A DNA stretch of 64,000 nucleotides, taken from positions 19,840,001 to 19,904,000 of the forward strand of contig NW_026889778.1 in NCBI RefSeq assembly GCF_033153115.1. Direction: 5' to 3'. Shown one piece after another: positions 62,681 to 64,000 of this stretch (position 1 is its first letter; each line of letters opens with the position of its first letter). The notes beneath the pieces were generated by a model, which searched no databases, had not been told where the DNA came from, and worked only from the letters and a program-made list of their open reading frames with translations. This stretch comes from Saccostrea echinata. Its lineage: Eukaryota. Both the position numbers and the translations under genes were made by a program.

Positions 62681-63000
62681 CACTACTGTAACTAAAAAGC
62701 ACTGAGAATCTAACAAAACCCTGAGGAAGTACTGAGTTGTACTGAGAAAACCCTGAGTGGTACTGAGCCTGGTACTGAGTAAACTGAGGTAGTCCTGAGG
62801 AGCAATGAGGTTTTCACTGTGGACACTGAGGACATACTGAGAGGCACTGAGGTTTAATCTGTTGGTACTGAGGGGGTACTGAGGGATACTGAGGTGGCTC
62901 TGAGGGAACTGAGCTGATACTGAGTAGCCCTGAGGTTTAAAACCGTGGCTACTGAGGTAATCCTGAGTGGCACTGAGGCTATTTGTTTCAAAAATTACTA
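62681..63000 (+). mobile_element. Probable 5' end of a CACTA/EnSpm-like element with ACTGAG subterminal repeats
   Basis: Begins CACTA where the mariner copy breaks off; about 20 CTGAG motifs follow. Other end not seen in the window. Confidence 0.5.
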
Positions 63001-64000
63001 TTTTCTTTTGAGTTTTATTGTAATATAATGGTCAAATTTCTTTATTTAAACTCTCCTCAAATCAAAATGTGTAGGTACTAGTATTTTGAAACCTAACGTC
63101 AACAATTAAACTGGAATTGTTTTTGCTTCTCATTCATTGAATTAAATAAATTATTTGCATTTGGAATTTTAAAGGGATATTTAATTAAGTGTTCTATGCA
63201 TATATTTTTTGAAATATGATATCTCATTTATTTGTCTTTGATATCAACCAATAAGTTAATTATTTGTGAAATTTCTTTTTTTTTTTAAATTTATTTAACC
63301 AATATTAAACATCATGATAAATAGTTTATATTGTCCAATAATTCTCGATCCACACCTGAATGTTAAGAGTGAGTTACGATTCTTCTGTGCAAATACAGGA
63401 GTCCTTAATGTCAGGATAATGGTAATGTTTCAAACATATTCTATTGCACGGCACACATAAAAATTTTGATGAACATGTTGCAACCTTTCCTTGTAAAACA
63501 TAATATCAGTTAAAAGTTACAACGATTATGAAACACCTTTTACTTGAAAGTTGTCCGTTTCTGATGATCAATATCATAAAAATAAATAATAAATAGATAA
63601 AATATTATTAAATGAAATAAATAATTAATGCAAAAACTTTTTTAGATGATCTTTCATTAATTAAAGCAGATATATATAGAGAAATAAAGCGGTGATGTTT
63701 CACAACTTAACTTAACAACTTATTAAAATAAATTTTACTGTATATTAAAATTATATAAAATAGATGTATTTTGACTGATATTAATCATTTATTGCATATT
63801 TTTAATGCTATTACTATTATCAATATTTAAGCTGTTGGTGCGACATCTTAAAAAGAAATATTTCGAATTTCAAAATCATATCCCATATCTCATTGCATTG
63901 TCATGTTGTAAATTTACCGGGTCAATAAGTAAAAGTAGCTGTCACTTTGTAAATTTTGTATTTACTGTCACTCGGTTAATTCAAAATTTTACAACATGCA

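Overview
AT-rich eukaryotic genomic DNA with three N gaps. The repeat repertoire (Meta/Deu-type tRNA SINEs, Helentron-like satellite arrays, Penelope-like elements with hammerhead ribozymes) suggests a bivalve mollusc, probably an oyster; this is inferred, not shown. The window is mostly nested transposable elements. (1) A ~16 kb TIR-bounded element (2562-18515, TA target duplication) splits a Gypsy integrase relic and carries nested MITEs, a Neptune-like Penelope element (RT + GIY-YIG) and two minimal hammerhead ribozymes. (2) A degenerate DIRS/Ngaro tyrosine-recombinase retrotransposon lies on the minus strand (~33050-41200) in the order SGNH hydrolase, hairpin-repeat array, gag, RT/RNase H, tyrosine recombinase, 17-bp repeat/spacer array. 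(3) There are many MITEs, SINEs, Naiad-type PLE fragments, an RTE relic and a partly inverted 39-bp minisatellite. The only credible host gene is a two-coding-exon gene (23158-23358 + 26136-26510) encoding a 191-aa protein with an MGCC acylation motif and a polyproline tail. All family assignments come from motif recognition by eye; no searches were run.
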